64,000 nucleotides of DNA from Ylistrum balloti. Taxonomy: Eukaryota. A program made the position numbers and the translations under genes. The stretch lies in the NCBI RefSeq assembly GCF_031769215.1, contig NW_026781892.1:744001-808000 (forward strand), read 5' to 3'. The number at the start of each line of letters is the position of its first letter. The stretch's first letter is position 1. The notes under the pieces were generated by a model. It worked only from the letters and a program-made list of their open reading frames with translations. It made no database searches and was not told the DNA's origin. Shown here in pieces: positions 24,887 to 38,967 of the stretch.

Positions 24887-27514
24887 GTTTTTCCCAGAAA
24901 ACAACATTACCTTGTTCATCTCGCGGATATTCAATATATGACTCATTCGCAATAACGTCCATCACATTAAACGGAAGGTATTCCGGGTTTACGCTCTCAT
25001 AAAACACCAACAGCAAAACACACCTCCCGTCTCTAGAGTAAATACTCTCCATACGAGCCATGTTGAATTCATACCTACACCAGTAAGACTCGATATAACT
25101 CCTGGAAACGATTGCCACTGTTTTCCTACTTTGATTGATAGCTTTTGTAATATTTTCTGCTATATCTTGCCCTGGCATGAAGTCACGTTGATGTAGACAC
25201 AGTGATAAGCCCCTTCGGTTCTCCAGTTCATTTAAAAGGTCATGTCTGATAAATCTGCCGTCCTGTTCGCAGTACGATATGAAGGCGTCATAAGGGTATT
25301 CGTCTTTTTCGTCATCGTTTGTCATTAAGCCTGAATATCCCCTATATCTTGTTCTCGTCATATAATACAAATATCTTAATTTCCAACGAAAGCGGTATAC
25401 AAGTCCTGACACTGTCAAAGATACAGCGAGAACTACAGCGAAAGTAGTTCCCACTATCAATGCGGTGTAGTCACTACAATACTTCTTTAACCCAACTGAA
25501 ATATTCTCGAAATCTGAAAATGTCGCGTTTGTGCCATTTGAGTAGCGACATTCGTAGTTTTGAAAGTTGTGAAACATCTCCTTATTGTCTCCTAGCCATG
25601 TTAGGAAATCCATTGTTTCACATGAACACTGAAGCTGATTTCTACTTAAATCTACGGTGAGGTTTCGACCCTTCAAATTATCTATCTGTCTACGAACGTT
25701 ATCACTCAGTAAATTCAATTCATTGTAAGACAGGTTTAAATTTTGTAAGTGTGACATAAGTTGAAATTCCAAGTCAAATTCGGGCAATTCATTATGGCTG
25801 AAGTTCAATCTCCTTAATTTGCTTTGGTTCTTAAGCAAAAGCCTAGGGACTGCCTGTATCCGATTCCAGGATAAATCCAATGATCGTAAGCGTTCAAGAC
25901 GACGGAAGATATTCCCATTCGTATCTTTATACAAAACATTTCCGAGTAAATTGTCGTGTAAAACTAGAGTTTCGAGATTTTGACAATCATCAAAGAATTC
26001 ATCTGATATATATGTACAGTAATTGCTTGATCCGTCAATATATTTGACATATTGTAAATTGGAAATAGGACCTTTCCACGAATGCAATAAGTTGCTGTGT
26101 AAGTCAACGTATGTCATGTTGTTTGGCTCAAAAGGAATGCGTCCTATCTCGTAATCTAAACTGCTATCAAAGAATTCGAGGCGACTTAGTTTGGGAGGAA
26201 GATACAGTTTTGGTGTTGGAAATTCATAATCACTCTTGGATGTCGGTATCGAACAGTTGCTGCAGTCTTTGGATGATTGAGCCTGCCAGTCATGACCGTA
26301 TTTTGATGGTGGTGCTCTCCAGTCGTTACAGTCCTTGGTTCCGATGCTGGGGTCATGAGAAGTGTACTGGTTACTTCCGTCAAAATATTCTAAATTAATG
26401 GCAGTGGATATTTGCCAAACATAAGCACCATACGTCAGTCGATTCTCCTTTACTGAGAGAACCCGTAAACTCTTCGGTAGTTCTGGAATCAGGCCCTCCT
26501 CTACAAGCGATAATCGGTTACTCTCTGCATACAAGTGTGTCAGGTAAGTATGATTGCTTAGCTTTGATATGTCTTCTACATACACCATTGTTCCTGGTCC
26601 ATAGTCGCAGTGTATCTTACTTATGTCTAACATACTGATGGGCAAAACCTGTAGATCATCCGTTAAGCTTGACAACACTCTGAAGGTCAGCCTATCATTG
26701 TGCGAAATGTTCAGTGAACTCAATCTGCTGAGCACACGAAACGTTCCTTTTTCAAAACTACGCAAATCACAATAAGACAAATTAAGATGTTGAATTGACG
26801 ATACATTTTCAAAATAATTAGATTTCAAGTTATATAACGCACAATATCCATCGTGGCCTCCTAAATCCATCAATTCTAGTTGTGTTAGTTTTTTAAATTT
26901 TCCTGAGAAACCACCTGGATCCACACCGTCCAATAGACATGTCTTTAGGGTTATGATTTTTCCGATACTGGTCGGGTATGTTAGATTTTCAGATCGCAAA
27001 TTTCCATGCCTGTCATTGTTACCCTTTAAGTTGAGATATGTTAAGCTTTTCAGTCCTCGAAATATATTTTGCGGAAAAACAGATGGGATGTATTTTAAGA
27101 AATTTTTACTTAAATCCAGATGAAGTAATTTATTCATGTTTCTAAATGGCTCGTCAATGAAGCTTTCTATTTTGTTGTCAGAAATATCCAGATATTGAGT
27201 AAAATTAGACAACTGTCCCTCTTTTATCTTGAAGTGTGCTATCTCGTTTCGCTGTAAGAAGATTCTGGTAACGTTGGCATGGAAATTTGGAATAACGGAA
27301 ATATTCAAGTTTGAGCAATCAGCCACTATTCCTCCACTCGTCGAAACATGACATCGACACCTCACATCCGAGGCACAATGACTTGACGTTTCCATTTCCA
27401 CATCAGCATATTCTGGGAGGATCCAGTCATTCTCCTTGACCTTAGAGTTATCTGAGTGTTTCTGTATGTGTGGATATCCATATAATGTCGGCGTAGCGAC
27501 TGCCATCCAGATAA
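24864..27514 (-). CDS. TLR: Toll-like receptor, exon 2 (LRR ectodomain, LRRCT, TM, TIR)
   Basis: The 880-aa ORF has repeated LxxLxLxxN, an LRRCT (NQLQCSCETMDFLTW...YEC), a TM segment (ALIVGTTFAVVLAVSLTVSGLV) and a TIR (YDAFISY, LCLHQRDFMPG, SRKTVAIVS, WCRYEFNMA, FWEKL). The cacag acceptor at 27519-27515 adds (V)IW before the ORF's Met. Confidence 0.97.
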
Positions 27515-27829
27515 CTGTGAATATATTGAATTAGAATCTTTGTTAATAATAGGAACATCTAACTTGGTCAGAATGACAAAAATGTCCGATTTATCATGTA
27601 CAAAATTTTAATGACATTTTGCGTTTTCTTAAGTATCTCAGAACCTGCAATACATCTACAGCTTTATATAACAATTAAGTTTGACTCCCTTATTGATAGG
27701 AAGGACATTCAGTTACATACCTACAGCTTTATTTGTCAAGCAAGCATAAGTCTTTTTGTATACAAGAAATGTAATAATAACTGCAGATAAGGATCAAATC
27801 ATTTGACAAAGATAACATACCTATCATGC

Positions 27830-28340
27830 AGATTAAAAATCAGGATCGAAGGACTTTGTTTTATTTCCATTTTCGATATAAGCTCCTAATTCTTTTAAGA
27901 ATGATGGACCGAAATGATTCAAACACGGAATGCTCTCGTTTAAAAATCTCTCTGGCATGGTTTTCAGAACGATCTTATGTACCTTAACATTAATATTCAA
28001 ATTGACGGGCAGGGTTACACGAAATTTAGGATCCTTCACGAGAAGTTGTCGCAGGTTATCATTTTGGATAATGCTTTAATCGTCAGTTATTGCATGGATG
28101 TACGCAGTTTGACCATTGTTAAAAGAAGAGAGAGAACGGAGAGGTAGTTCTAAATCATCTACATTCATTTGCAGCATTTGTTTGTAGTTCCAACAGGGGT
28201 AACTGTAGGCAGTTACAGGGTTATTTCTGCATTGAAGTATGGTGGGTTGTTATACTGAACAGACTCCTGATCTAAAATAATGCTGATGTTAATAACACCA
28301 ATACCCTCATTTGCAAATGCACCTTTCGTAAATTAATTTA
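27830..28340 (-). mobile_element. Decayed Penelope-like retroelement ORF fragment in TLR intron 1
   Basis: Patchy translation ANEGIGVINISIILDQESVQYNNPPYFNAEITPV...NYKQML...D*SIIQNDNLRQLLVKDPKFR resembles, from memory, the pre-RT region of invertebrate Penelope-like ORFs (..II.N..LR....KGPK.R). It has stops and frameshifts. Confidence 0.55.
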
Positions 28341-29470
28341 TTTTAAGTATGGCAGATGTTTATAAATAGAATAGAAAATAAACGAAGTGATGTAACTCAG
28401 TAGGTCAATTAAGAAAGGGCATCATTTCATAAATCGTTTTTACTGTTTCTCGTTTCACACCGGACATGTTTATAGATGAAGAATTGACATGCCGTTTTTA
28501 TCGTAACCAAACCACCCCTTTCTCCAAAGATTGTACAAAGACACAAAAAGTGTTAACTCCGTTGCAAGTGGTAGAGAAAACAAGAGCAACTCCATGTTCT
28601 TTTTCATCAGAAACTTCAACATATAGAGAAATACGGAGGCACCTTGTGATGGATCATGACCTTATTCTAAGTGTGAAGTAACTAGGGGTGAAAATGTATA
28701 TATGAATAAAACACAAGATGAAAAAAATGAATATGTGAATAAAAGATTGTTGAAACGTTAAGGATAGTGTTATGGATGCAAGATTCAGGAGACATACCCA
28801 ATGAACGTATGGATACAACAAATGATGAAAAGATGGATGTGGGGTGGGCTGGAGTAGACAATGTACATATGAATACAAAAATTATGAAAACATTGGGGGT
28901 ACACTGTACGTATGAATAAACTATTGATGAAACATGCATAAATAACCCTTTACAATCATGACATGGAAATCAATTAGAATACAACGTGATATTGCAGAAG
29001 GAAAAGAATCCTTAGTGACATTGATGACATATCTTACACAGTCATGAGGAAATACCACGTAATCAACATATGATAGGGACAATGGACATTTTATTTCAAC
29101 CTGAAGCGTGACAGAGTATGATCTACTCTATATATCAATCAATTACATTGTTACACAATACTTGTCGTTTGTCGAGCACCTGAGAACGACCTGTTTCCGT
29201 TGATCTTCATACCAGACAAGGAAATAGAATTACTACCTATAAGATCCTAATGGCGGCCATTTAACTTCTGCACGGTGGCTATCTCTTTCTCTAAACACTC
29301 CATATGTTGTCACGTCAGTAAATTGTATCTACTTCAGAAGTCAAAGTCGTGTTTTTAATCGCTGTGATCATTATTATTTTGTAGTTCAAAGATCACAGAT
29401 TATAAATTATGACATATCTAAGAGAAAGACTCACAGAGATAGTCAAAGTGGATCTATGGAGATAGCAAGA

Positions 29471-29480
29471 GGAGATTCCC
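29471..29480 (-). promoter_or_regulatory. Candidate NF-kB site GGGAATCTCC in TLR intron 1
   Basis: Matches GGGRNNYYCC; a motif match only. Confidence 0.3.
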
Positions 29481-29699
29481 TGGGTTACAGTTATCGAGTA
29501 GATGATCATTCCTAGAGAAGTTGACAAAGATATATATAATGTACGCGATACTAGTCGGGCTGTTAGACCCATTCATCTTAAGTACATGAACAAAACGTTT
29601 TGAAAATTTACTTCACCGGGACATTTTCATACCCCACGCCATATTCGGGCTTAATAAGAAACGTATTATTTGTTATGTGTAAAAGATAAGTTTTCTTAC

Positions 29700-29724
29700 C
29701 AAGCACAACCTTTGCAGTCTTCAT
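29700..29724 (-). CDS. TLR: Toll-like receptor, exon 1 (start of signal peptide)
   Basis: ATG AAG ACT GCA AAG GTT GTG CTT G|gtaaga is phase 1 and joins the 27514 acceptor to give MKTAKVVLVIWMAVATPTLYG. Total CDS 25+2651=2676 nt (891 aa + stop). Confidence 0.75.
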
Positions 29725-29974
29725 AATGTAATGTCCCTTTTGAAGGTCCTCTTTCGATATCGTAGCTGATCCCGTCCTCGGTCTACGACGAATTGCAGCT
29801 AGAATGGAACGAAAGCAGCGGGCAAACGCGTTCGTGTCATTTAAGGGACTACCTTATAATTTATGGGTAGCTGATATCGGACCCCGGCTGTGAACGTGTG
29901 ACCCAGTATTATCATTTTGGCTGTCGCAATATTGATCTGAATGCACATAGGCAAGCTTAAGAACCTAAAAGGAA

Positions 29975-29984
29975 GGGATATTCC
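29975..29984. promoter_or_regulatory. Candidate NF-kB site GGGATATTCC ~250 bp upstream of the TLR ATG
   Basis: gggatattcccc matches GGGRNNYYCC on both strands. Confidence 0.4.
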
Positions 29985-31849
29985 CCAAAGATACCAGACA
30001 AAGCAAGTAGCTTGGAGAGATATAGCGTAATTGTGGATATCCAGACAGAAGTATATAAACTAGACAAAAGGAATGAAGATGATGTAAGGTCTTGAAAATC
30101 TAGACAAAGTTATACCATATGTTGTTCCTAAGTATGGTAGTTTGGTGTGTATAGAAAGTTTCGTATCATTAAATATGTAATATAATTTCTGGAGGAATGT
30201 TGGGCCAGTATGATATTTGTACTTAACCATGGTCAATGTCCTTGTGTATTGTACTTATGTATAGTTATATCATAGGTATGGTACATATACATTTCACCAT
30301 TGCAAAGGAACCATTTGCAATCGGGTAAGTAATCGTAAATGATATGTGATAAATGTATCGTATAATATTTTTGAAATTCTTGTCAATCCGAAAGTGACTT
30401 CTTATTTCGGGTTAACAACGAGTAACAAGGCGAAACCGAAAAAATTGTTGCTTTCAGAATTTTGTAAAAACAAAATTTTCTTAACTATTTCAATGTCAAA
30501 ATTCTTCGATTTTATCAAGTAATCTCACTGTTTTCTTAATTAAATTAATGTATAAAATTTCAATAATGACGTTACTTGGCACCAAATGTGGCGGATCTGA
30601 ACTGGATATGAACGATATCGTCTTTGCTTAATTAACATAATTTAGACCAGCCTAGTAATTTCTGATTTTTCACGGCTTGACGGCAGATTAATGTTGTAAC
30701 AGGTTGATATGAACTAAAGCATTACTTTTTAATGTGTTTGACTTAATACAATTATTTACCTGGATCTAATACCCAACCTTAACTTGCCCATTCTATCTTA
30801 GATTCTGTCACATAAATTGTTCGATATCCTCTTGAAACACTAGCATCCTTAAGATCATGCCAAGGAAATGTCACTTTCGGATGATAATGTATGATAAAGG
30901 ATCTACGCTATTTGATTCACATATCTAACTTTATTCTACCTGTCCAATAGAACTTTTTCCTCCTCGGCGGTGGGCCTATATGAAGATTTTGCGATTTCCA
31001 CACAGGATCTTAGACGGTTTTCTAAGTAAGCAGACCGATTATATATGCAGTGTATGAATCCAATATTTGATGCGTCAATGAGTTTACTGACACAAGAATA
31101 TTTTTTACTGTTATAAAAACTTCTATTCTAATGACATTGCCAACACGAAGAAATGTTCGGTTCAGTAGAATCTTATCCATTTTTTCTCCCGCTATTTCAG
31201 TAGCATAGGTAAAGCAAAGGTGAAAACAGATAGTGGGAGATAGGGATGGGATAGAGATGGGGTCTATTGTCTTACATTAATATTATCATAAATTAAGTCT
31301 GCCTACTGGAACACTAGCCTCACCAACACCTGTTCCCACAAGAGAAATGGAGAGTTCTCACTTGAATTAGTTTTAATCCTTCTCTACCTAACATATTTTT
31401 GTAGATACCGTTTTATAATTTAAAAAAGCCTACACTTATGCTGCACCTCATATGTAGGCTTATACATGGCACTACGTCTTTCATCTTTGTTGCCCACGAA
31501 AAGACGCCTTTTCGTTGTTGTTGATTTTTGTTTTACGTTCTGATGGTTTGACGTTTTTTCATTTCTTATCGATTTGGCGAGTTTTGAATTTTGAATTTTG
31601 ATGGGATTTCGGCTTTTCGTTATTTCTTTAAACGGTAGGCGTCTTTTCGCGGGAAACAAAACGAAGAGATGGAATGTCTGATATAAGCCATAAATAGAAC
31701 AACTACGATTCATTTTCATGTACAGTAAACATGTAAAGTTTGAAGTCAATGTGTCGAATGATTTGCTCTATTTCTGTAGTTGTTCTAGAATAAACAAAGT
31801 GACAGACTGCATGGAGCAATGATATACTCCTATCATAAAAGATAACGGA

Positions 31850-33350
31850 GGAATCCCGGCACATCGATCTATATTTTGACATTATAAAATATCAACCTGG
31901 CCACATTACATAAGGACTTTTCAAGGTATATCAATGGACATTTTGTAAGCAGGATGTGTTTGAATAACAAATAAATGCCAGGGACCAAAAGAGATTTTGG
32001 TTACGTTAAACAATGAGAACGTTATCATCTGCCATGTGGTTTTAATGACTGCAGTACTAGAATATTGAAGCACCTGTCAAGTGTAAAATCAAGCAAAACG
32101 AAGTAAGCCAGATTATTGCCAAGTGTCCATATAAGGATTTTTCTAAATTATAAGAAGGCTCACGTGGTATTACTTCTTGGTTTGGGGATTCACATCAAAA
32201 GCATGCAGATGGATTAATATAAGTTGTCAAACTTGTTTCCAAATCCAATTTCAATTGTTATTTGATGCAACTATGTACATTGTAAGGAGAAAAAATGAAA
32301 TAAAATAAAGTTTACAAGAAAAGCATGCAGAAGAAAATCCGGACATTTACGTATAAAACAATAAGATATCATTATGCTTAGAGAATTACTATTCATTAAC
32401 AAACTCCGTTATTTTTCATCTTATTTTGACATGAAACATTTCATCGTTACATAATTTCATTTTACTACGAAACATTTTAACAGTACAGAAAGTTCTCAAC
32501 TCAACTATGGTTCGTAATTTTATCAAAGTAGTGATAATATGTTCCTGTAACTCATACGATACATTGACAACTTTATCAAATGACCTGTCTGTAGAGTTTG
32601 ACAGGATACATGATGAATCAACTTAGATTATCATACTCGAACTGGCCATGTCTTGATATGTTTAGTGTACGTGCGATTCGTCAGTATTGCACGCAATAGA
32701 ATAATTGGTAAATTGCTAGAACATATGGAGCAATGAGTAATAACTACCATACTGAATATAAACTTGATGACTTCCCTACAAACGTGAGATATCGATTTCC
32801 ATATCTGTTTACTTGGCTTATCCTGTTTTAGAGTGTCTTAAAGCCTTTCACATTTTAACTGTCATGAAGTGGCCAGTGTGCACTCGAAGAAAGGACATTA
32901 ATCTCACCAACCACAATACACACGGAAGTTTATCTCCGCCTCAAACATTTGGCAGCTCTAACCAGCTAAAGATCCGCTTTAGATTCATCTAGAAATTCAT
33001 ATACAGGATTTCCCACACTTATCAATTCTACCTTGGTATTACTACGATGACGTCAACTACCACTTGTATTGATACAGTGAATCCACGTACATGTCAAACG
33101 CTATGATAAAACATGTACATTGGTAAACATAACAGGAAGAAAAATGACGATGTGTTATCTTTAAACAACAAGACAGTGACTAATCATTTCATGATATTCC
33201 AACAACCAAGACTTTTCCACCAAGCTGATTGTCCAGAGATAGAATTTCGATCTCCACTCGTTGAACCAGTTTCCTCAATCTTCCGTGTTAATCATGTAGT
33301 TTATTTGATGTACAAGGGTTTGTTACCAAACTCACGACTTCTATGAAAAA
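31850..33350 (+). mobile_element. Heavily decayed non-LTR (LINE) reverse transcriptase remnant
   Basis: Fragments in the expected order: KRFWL (~31990), VASVHSKKG (~32870), MSNA.DK (~33090), GVPQG-like (~33225). Many stops. Confidence 0.4.
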
Positions 33351-35914
33351 TGTCGATACCTGACAGACAAACATACAAAACAGGGTTTTTGAACTACGTA
33401 TAACAACAAGGAGATACCAACCGACTATTACATCTTAATTCAATTGATGCTTGAAGCAATGAGATTCAAAGTTATTTGACTGTGAAGACTTACTGAATGA
33501 TATCATAGTAGTGTGATAGGGTGAATAATCAAGAAACGATTTAAACAAATCTATATAGTTTAGTATTTACAATAACAAAAACAACGATACTGTTAATTTC
33601 AGATTCTCAATATTCAAACATTTTTTCATCTGAATAGCAACAATGTAAGCTTAAAGGTTCAAAAACTGTATCGGCCACGACATTCATAATGGTAATGTTG
33701 GATTAAAACAAAAATATTAACACTTGGTCAGGACCATCTTAGTATCATTTTATGAAAGTTTAGACCGAATCCTACTAGTTGAACATGAGAAAAAGTATAA
33801 AATGCGACTACAGATCATCCAGTCTCTAAGGGTCTGATGACCTCAAAATACGCAAAAAAAAAAAAAAAAAAAAGGTTTGTAAAACTAGCTTTGAAATGAC
33901 GCACTGTCATATCCGTTGCAATACAGTAGAGCAGAGAAAAGAACAGCCATTCTTGCAAACCCGCCACAATCACAGATATAAACGTATTATTCACGTGTCC
34001 TATCAAACAATAATAGCTGCTGCTGCTGCTGCTGAACTTTTTTTCTTTACATCGTTAACAATGACCTTAAGGTAAGAAATACTTCTTGTCCACAAACATG
34101 GAAGTTGTTCAGATAAATCGGTTTGTGGATCAAGACAGTTCATAATGAATTTAAAACTTATGTCAACACAATGTTTTTTAAAACTCAAATTCCTATAGTT
34201 GGAAACAACTGAAATCTTTCTTGTATACCATCCCGAAATGCTATTCAAGTTCTGTACCATTTTGCTACATTACACAATTGACAGATGCATTTGTCCGTTT
34301 CAATAGTTAAAGGGAGATAACCACTTCTAACACAAACACTATACGTTTATGTCCTTCATATCTTAGTCTAATTTTAAGTAACACGTTGCCAAGTTAATAA
34401 TTCAGATTCAAGAAAATATTATTGGTTATAAACCTATTAGCTACATTATTTTTATCATCACAAAGCAGTTGGTGCTATTGGTGTTTGTCTTGATTTAGTT
34501 AATTCTGCACGGTTTTAAGTCGATATGTTGATACACCTATTATCCATAAATGGTCATTCTGTCAAAGGTTTCATATCTGATAAAGTTTCTAGTGTTAATT
34601 AGATATAAGATATAATGTGTACAATGTAGCTTTGATTCTTCCTACAACTTCTATAAGAATATACTCAGTATTCAATGTGATGTAATGATGACCCAAATGT
34701 TAAGTGGAAATTTAATTGGTGTTGCAGTTATCTTTTAATTATAGGCTGTCTTCTTAGCCAGTACAGTAATTTTCAGAGCTGTCAGGACACCTTAATCAGT
34801 GACCGGTGTATCTGTCAGATATGGTCAATTGATTTTATTGGTTAAGGGAGGCTCAGCTTCATGCCTGTTTCATCTGATAATTGTTTAGTTCATTAATTGT
34901 CAAATACATGTATATAGATATTGCCCTGCACGTAACCAGTCAGTTCTATTGTAAGCCTTTTGACTTCGGCACATGTCTATTCTTAACTTCTAGTTTAATA
35001 CAAGATAGTACCAGACAAGTGGAGTTTGTTTATGAGAGATTTGGGAAGTAACACTCAGATTCTAGCCAGTTAGACAATCACCGACTTAACATGTCTTCAT
35101 ACGTATGTAGATCAGATATAATCATCTACAGCTGAGTGGATCTAAAGAGACCTTGCTAGACTTAAATATTGGTTTATGAAGGCTCTGTCCCCAAATGTCG
35201 CAACCTGTAAAACTGTAAAATAGTGATTATGAAATGGTACGGTGGCATTTATCTTACAATTCATTATGAAATTACTTAGAATAAGCCAAACAGTGAACAA
35301 AAAGTAATCTGTTTCGGCCTGCTAAAACAAGTGATGTCGTACCCTTTCATACACTATCTTAATTCCCTTGAAATTAATGGTAAATAACCTTTTTTAATTC
35401 TTCATTCCCTCTGGATTACCATAATCTTGCAGGACATATCCGCATGCATGGTATTCAACAATGTAGAATAACACACGAATATCCGTCACGTTCTGTAAGA
35501 AGTACAAAATGTACATAATTACTTAAATGTTGACTCCTGCTCTAAGTTGAACTCATGGTTGTCTCTCAATATCAAAACATTTTGGATAATTCATCATTTT
35601 TTTAAATCCGAAACCGTATTTCCCAAATACATTGTATTCTGTTGCTTGTGTTTATCGTTAAATTAATTTTAGAATACCGCTGTATTTTTTCGCTGGCGTG
35701 AACAGTACTAATCATACAGCAGTTGCTTTGATTTGGAAACGATAAACATATCTGCCTCAGCCTCGCCTTAATAGCTACATCTTTTTAGAACGTAGAAGTA
35801 CTGTGTTGATGCAAGATGTAACACAATAACAGAAAACAGTTAATGAATGCTCTTTCTTTTACATCTATCGTGTAGCTCTGGTTATGTCTACAGAAACGTA
35901 CAATTCCGATGCAT

Positions 35915-36075
35915 GACAAAGGTGTCGTCGATGAAGCAGAAGACGCTTATTCTTCTGGAACACCTGGTTTAATTCTCCTTGTACTTTGTTTTGTTCATAT
36001 TTGTCTTAGTTTTGTGCAATTTGAGTTTGAGTTATGATTATGTTGCCATGTTGGTATTTTCTTGACTTTTTACAA
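35915..36075 (+). mobile_element. R1 copy
   Basis: ggtgtcgtcgatgaagcagaagacgcttattcttctggaacacctgg core. Confidence 0.6.
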
Positions 36076-36227
36076 CAATGATAAAACTATAAACATAATG
36101 ATGACTCAGATCAAATAAGTAGAGGTAGAATTGTCAGCGGAAACCGGATTTTTCACGCAAAGTCCACTTTGGCAAGGACAACCAACTACTTGTACAGGAC
36201 GCATGCTGAGGTGAATTAATAACCCAC

Positions 36228-36480
36228 CAGGCCCCAGTTGTTCAAAGCATGGTTAGAGTTGACCATTGGTTAGTGTTCAAAGCATGGTTAGAGTTGACAA
36301 TTGGTTAGTGTTCAAAGCAAGGTTAGAGTTGACCATCGGTTAGTGTTCAAAGCATGATTAGAGTTGACCATTGGTTAGTGGACAAAACAAGGTTAGAGTT
36401 GACAATTGGTTAGTGTTAAAAGCATGATTAGAGTTGACCATTGGTTAGTGGACAAAGCATGGTTAGAGTTGACCATTGGT
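36228..36480. repeat. 35-bp minisatellite, ~7 copies
   Basis: Unit gtgttcaaagcatggttagagttgaccattggtta (36241->36276). Confidence 0.9.
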
Positions 36481-37057
36481 TTGTAAATAAATTGATACAC
36501 ACAATTTTACCGGTTACTTTGGTATGGCATGAATGTACATTGGATATGGACAATAAAGCATTATAGACAGTCATGTGGTGACGATTCGACATTATCAACT
36601 TTAGGAGGACTCTTAATGCCTTACTAAACAAGAACATAAATATATAACCAAACACCTGATAGGTAATCAACATTTTATTAACATATAGATATATAACACT
36701 ATAAATAATATAAAATAAAATCACCTAGACATCAAGTATCAGACGTCGCTATGACAACATAGAAAACTCACAATAACAACTCACATGTACAGACGGGTCT
36801 TCATTTTCATACAGGTTTGTTTCTGTGTGACGTCTACAGTATTTCTGGTAAAAACCGACAGCTATGGACATGACATACGTGAACTGATCAACGTTTTTTG
36901 ATTACTTTAACTGGATGGACTCGATTGTAAATCCAAGCGTATGGGGGAAAATGATCGGTTTTGATTTGCCAGGAACAAATGAAGTTGATATCAAGCTCGA
37001 TGGATGGTTGTTTTTTTTCAGGTTTATTATTACTATTATGTTTTTCGGTTTCTATGT

Positions 37058-37207
37058 CTACATGTTAGCCAAGATCCAGTCCCTGTGGTAGGAAGTCCTT
37101 GCGTAAACGGACGGCCCGTCGCGGCAATTCTCATTACCCCACGACACGGCTCCTGCATGTATCCAGGTTCCGTTTACAGAGCACTGTAGAGGACCGCCAC
37201 TGTCACC
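37058..37207 (-). CDS. Chymotrypsin-like S1 serine protease, exon 6 of 6 (catalytic Ser, stop)
   Basis: taacag acceptor; [49 protein letters not shown]; minus-strand AATAAA at 37023-37028. Confidence 0.95.
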   Translation of the reverse strand, partial: GDSGGPLQCSVNGTWIHAGAVSWGNENCRDGPSVYARTSYHRDWILANM

Positions 37208-37664
37208 CTGTTAAATAGAACCGTCAGATATCGGTATAGTTTAAAACATCGGTTTTTATATGTTTTGGTTAAATAATATTTTACTAACTCTGACCCTCAA
37301 AATCTGCGATATTGACAAATCATGTAATTATTAAAACGATTCATATCCATGGTTCATAGTCGTTGTATGGTATGACGACACGATTGAAACAAGACTTTTC
37401 TCAACCTCTAAAATATAATTCACATGATTCATACAAAAGGCCTAACAGTGAAAAGGAGCTTTCAATACCAATTCATACTTAGATAAAGAGCAACAAAATA
37501 CCCAATTTAACAGCGTTTTATAGAAATGTCGTCATTTTTTGTCGTAATACAAGTTACTTTGGATAGAAGCCGGTACACGATGAATTGGTGTAGCGAACTA
37601 TTTAAATACACGATACTCTGCTAATATGCAATGGGACATTTCGTCCAATTTTAGTAAAACTTAC

Positions 37665-37807
37665 ATAGCAGGAGCCTTTCGGTTCCGAATCGGTACAGAT
37701 CATGTCATCGGTGATTAGATAGCCGTCGTTGATACCGGTCTGGCACTGTGCATTTGTCACCACGGGCGTTTGAAGTTCCTGCAGAATTCTGGCCGAGCTT
37801 GATGGTC
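37665..37807 (-). CDS. S1 serine protease exon 5
   Basis: ttttcag acceptor; (G)PSSSARILQELQTPVVTNAQCQTGINDGYLITDDMICTDSEPKGSCY|gtaagt. Confidence 0.95.
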
Positions 37808-38540
37808 CTGAAAATATCAGTAGAATTCATTATCGTTTCCCTAACGGCCATGGTCCAGGGGAGACATGGTAGCTATACTGACATTTGTTCTACACCGTCA
37901 GTGTTACATTTTAGTACGTTAACATCAGATCGTCATCGTATCTATCTTTCTACATCAATAAGTATGTATAATTCAACTCCCAAGACGCAAGTAAATAATT
38001 ACAACATTGTATAAACAAAACAAACAAATAACATAATGAATATACTCTAAACGCGTTTTGATAGACTGACATGATGACCTTTGACCTGTGAATGAAGGAC
38101 GGTTTTGGAAGAAGGGCTCATGCACTCGAAAAATAAAAACTAAAATAAAAACCAGAAAATAATAACTTCAGTATACTTTTTATAATTTCTTTGAAACTAT
38201 TAAAACCGTTAATTGTTAGTTATTTCATGTAATAAATGATAATATTTCCATATAATTTTTTTAATTCTCAGTCTTGCTTACCAATTTGCTAAATCGCTGT
38301 TCAGGTCATATCATTACGTCCCAAATTATATCGTAAACAAAACTAACACAGGTACGGAACTTTTGTTGTTTTAGAAACAGGTCACACATTGCTCCCTCTC
38401 ATTAGGTATTTTACAAAGCTACAACAGTCACTAGATCAAGATTGCATTTTTTGTAACTTTTGAAAAATAACCAATTTGAGTGAAAGAAATGTGATATACA
38501 ACAATAATTCGTTGTGTAATATCAATTTGCGAAGTCATAC

Positions 38541-38703
38541 CTTTGAATGCTCCCCAACCGGTGACGTAACACGTACTGCTCATAAGATCCATGCTGTCGT
38601 CAGCTAATCCAGGAATAGGTTGTATGTAGGTATTAAACGTCACAGGTTTTTTCAACTTCATGATTGCCAGATCGTGTAGCACATCGCCGTCATAATCAGG
38701 ATG
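38541..38703 (-). CDS. S1 serine protease exon 4 (catalytic Asp)
   Basis: HPDYDGDVLHDLAIMKLKKPVTFNTYIQPIPGLADDSMDLMSSTCYVTGWGAFK + g|gtatga. Confidence 0.95.
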
Positions 38704-38967
38704 CTACAATACCGTTTATACTGTGTCAAAGCATTTTCAACATCATGACGTCACAACTCTAAATTATTATCATCACCAGGGTATCAATGAACGACATATT
38801 AGTATCTTCATTATACACACGTATATATAACACGATAAAAGGGTCAGCTAATGAAATAATTCAAGTATGACCGGAACAGATATAAAAAAAAAACCATCAA
38901 AACCCGCTAAAAGTTAACTGGAAATATACATGAAAAACCTCAAGTGTAAAATTGGTTATTATTGCCT

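Noticed and set aside
27721-27830. Alternative TLR leader M-I-V-IITFLVYKK... from mini-exons at 27821-27827 and 27721-27780
   Set aside because: Requires a 40-nt intron. The 29700-29724 exon gives a cleaner signal peptide with a stronger donor.
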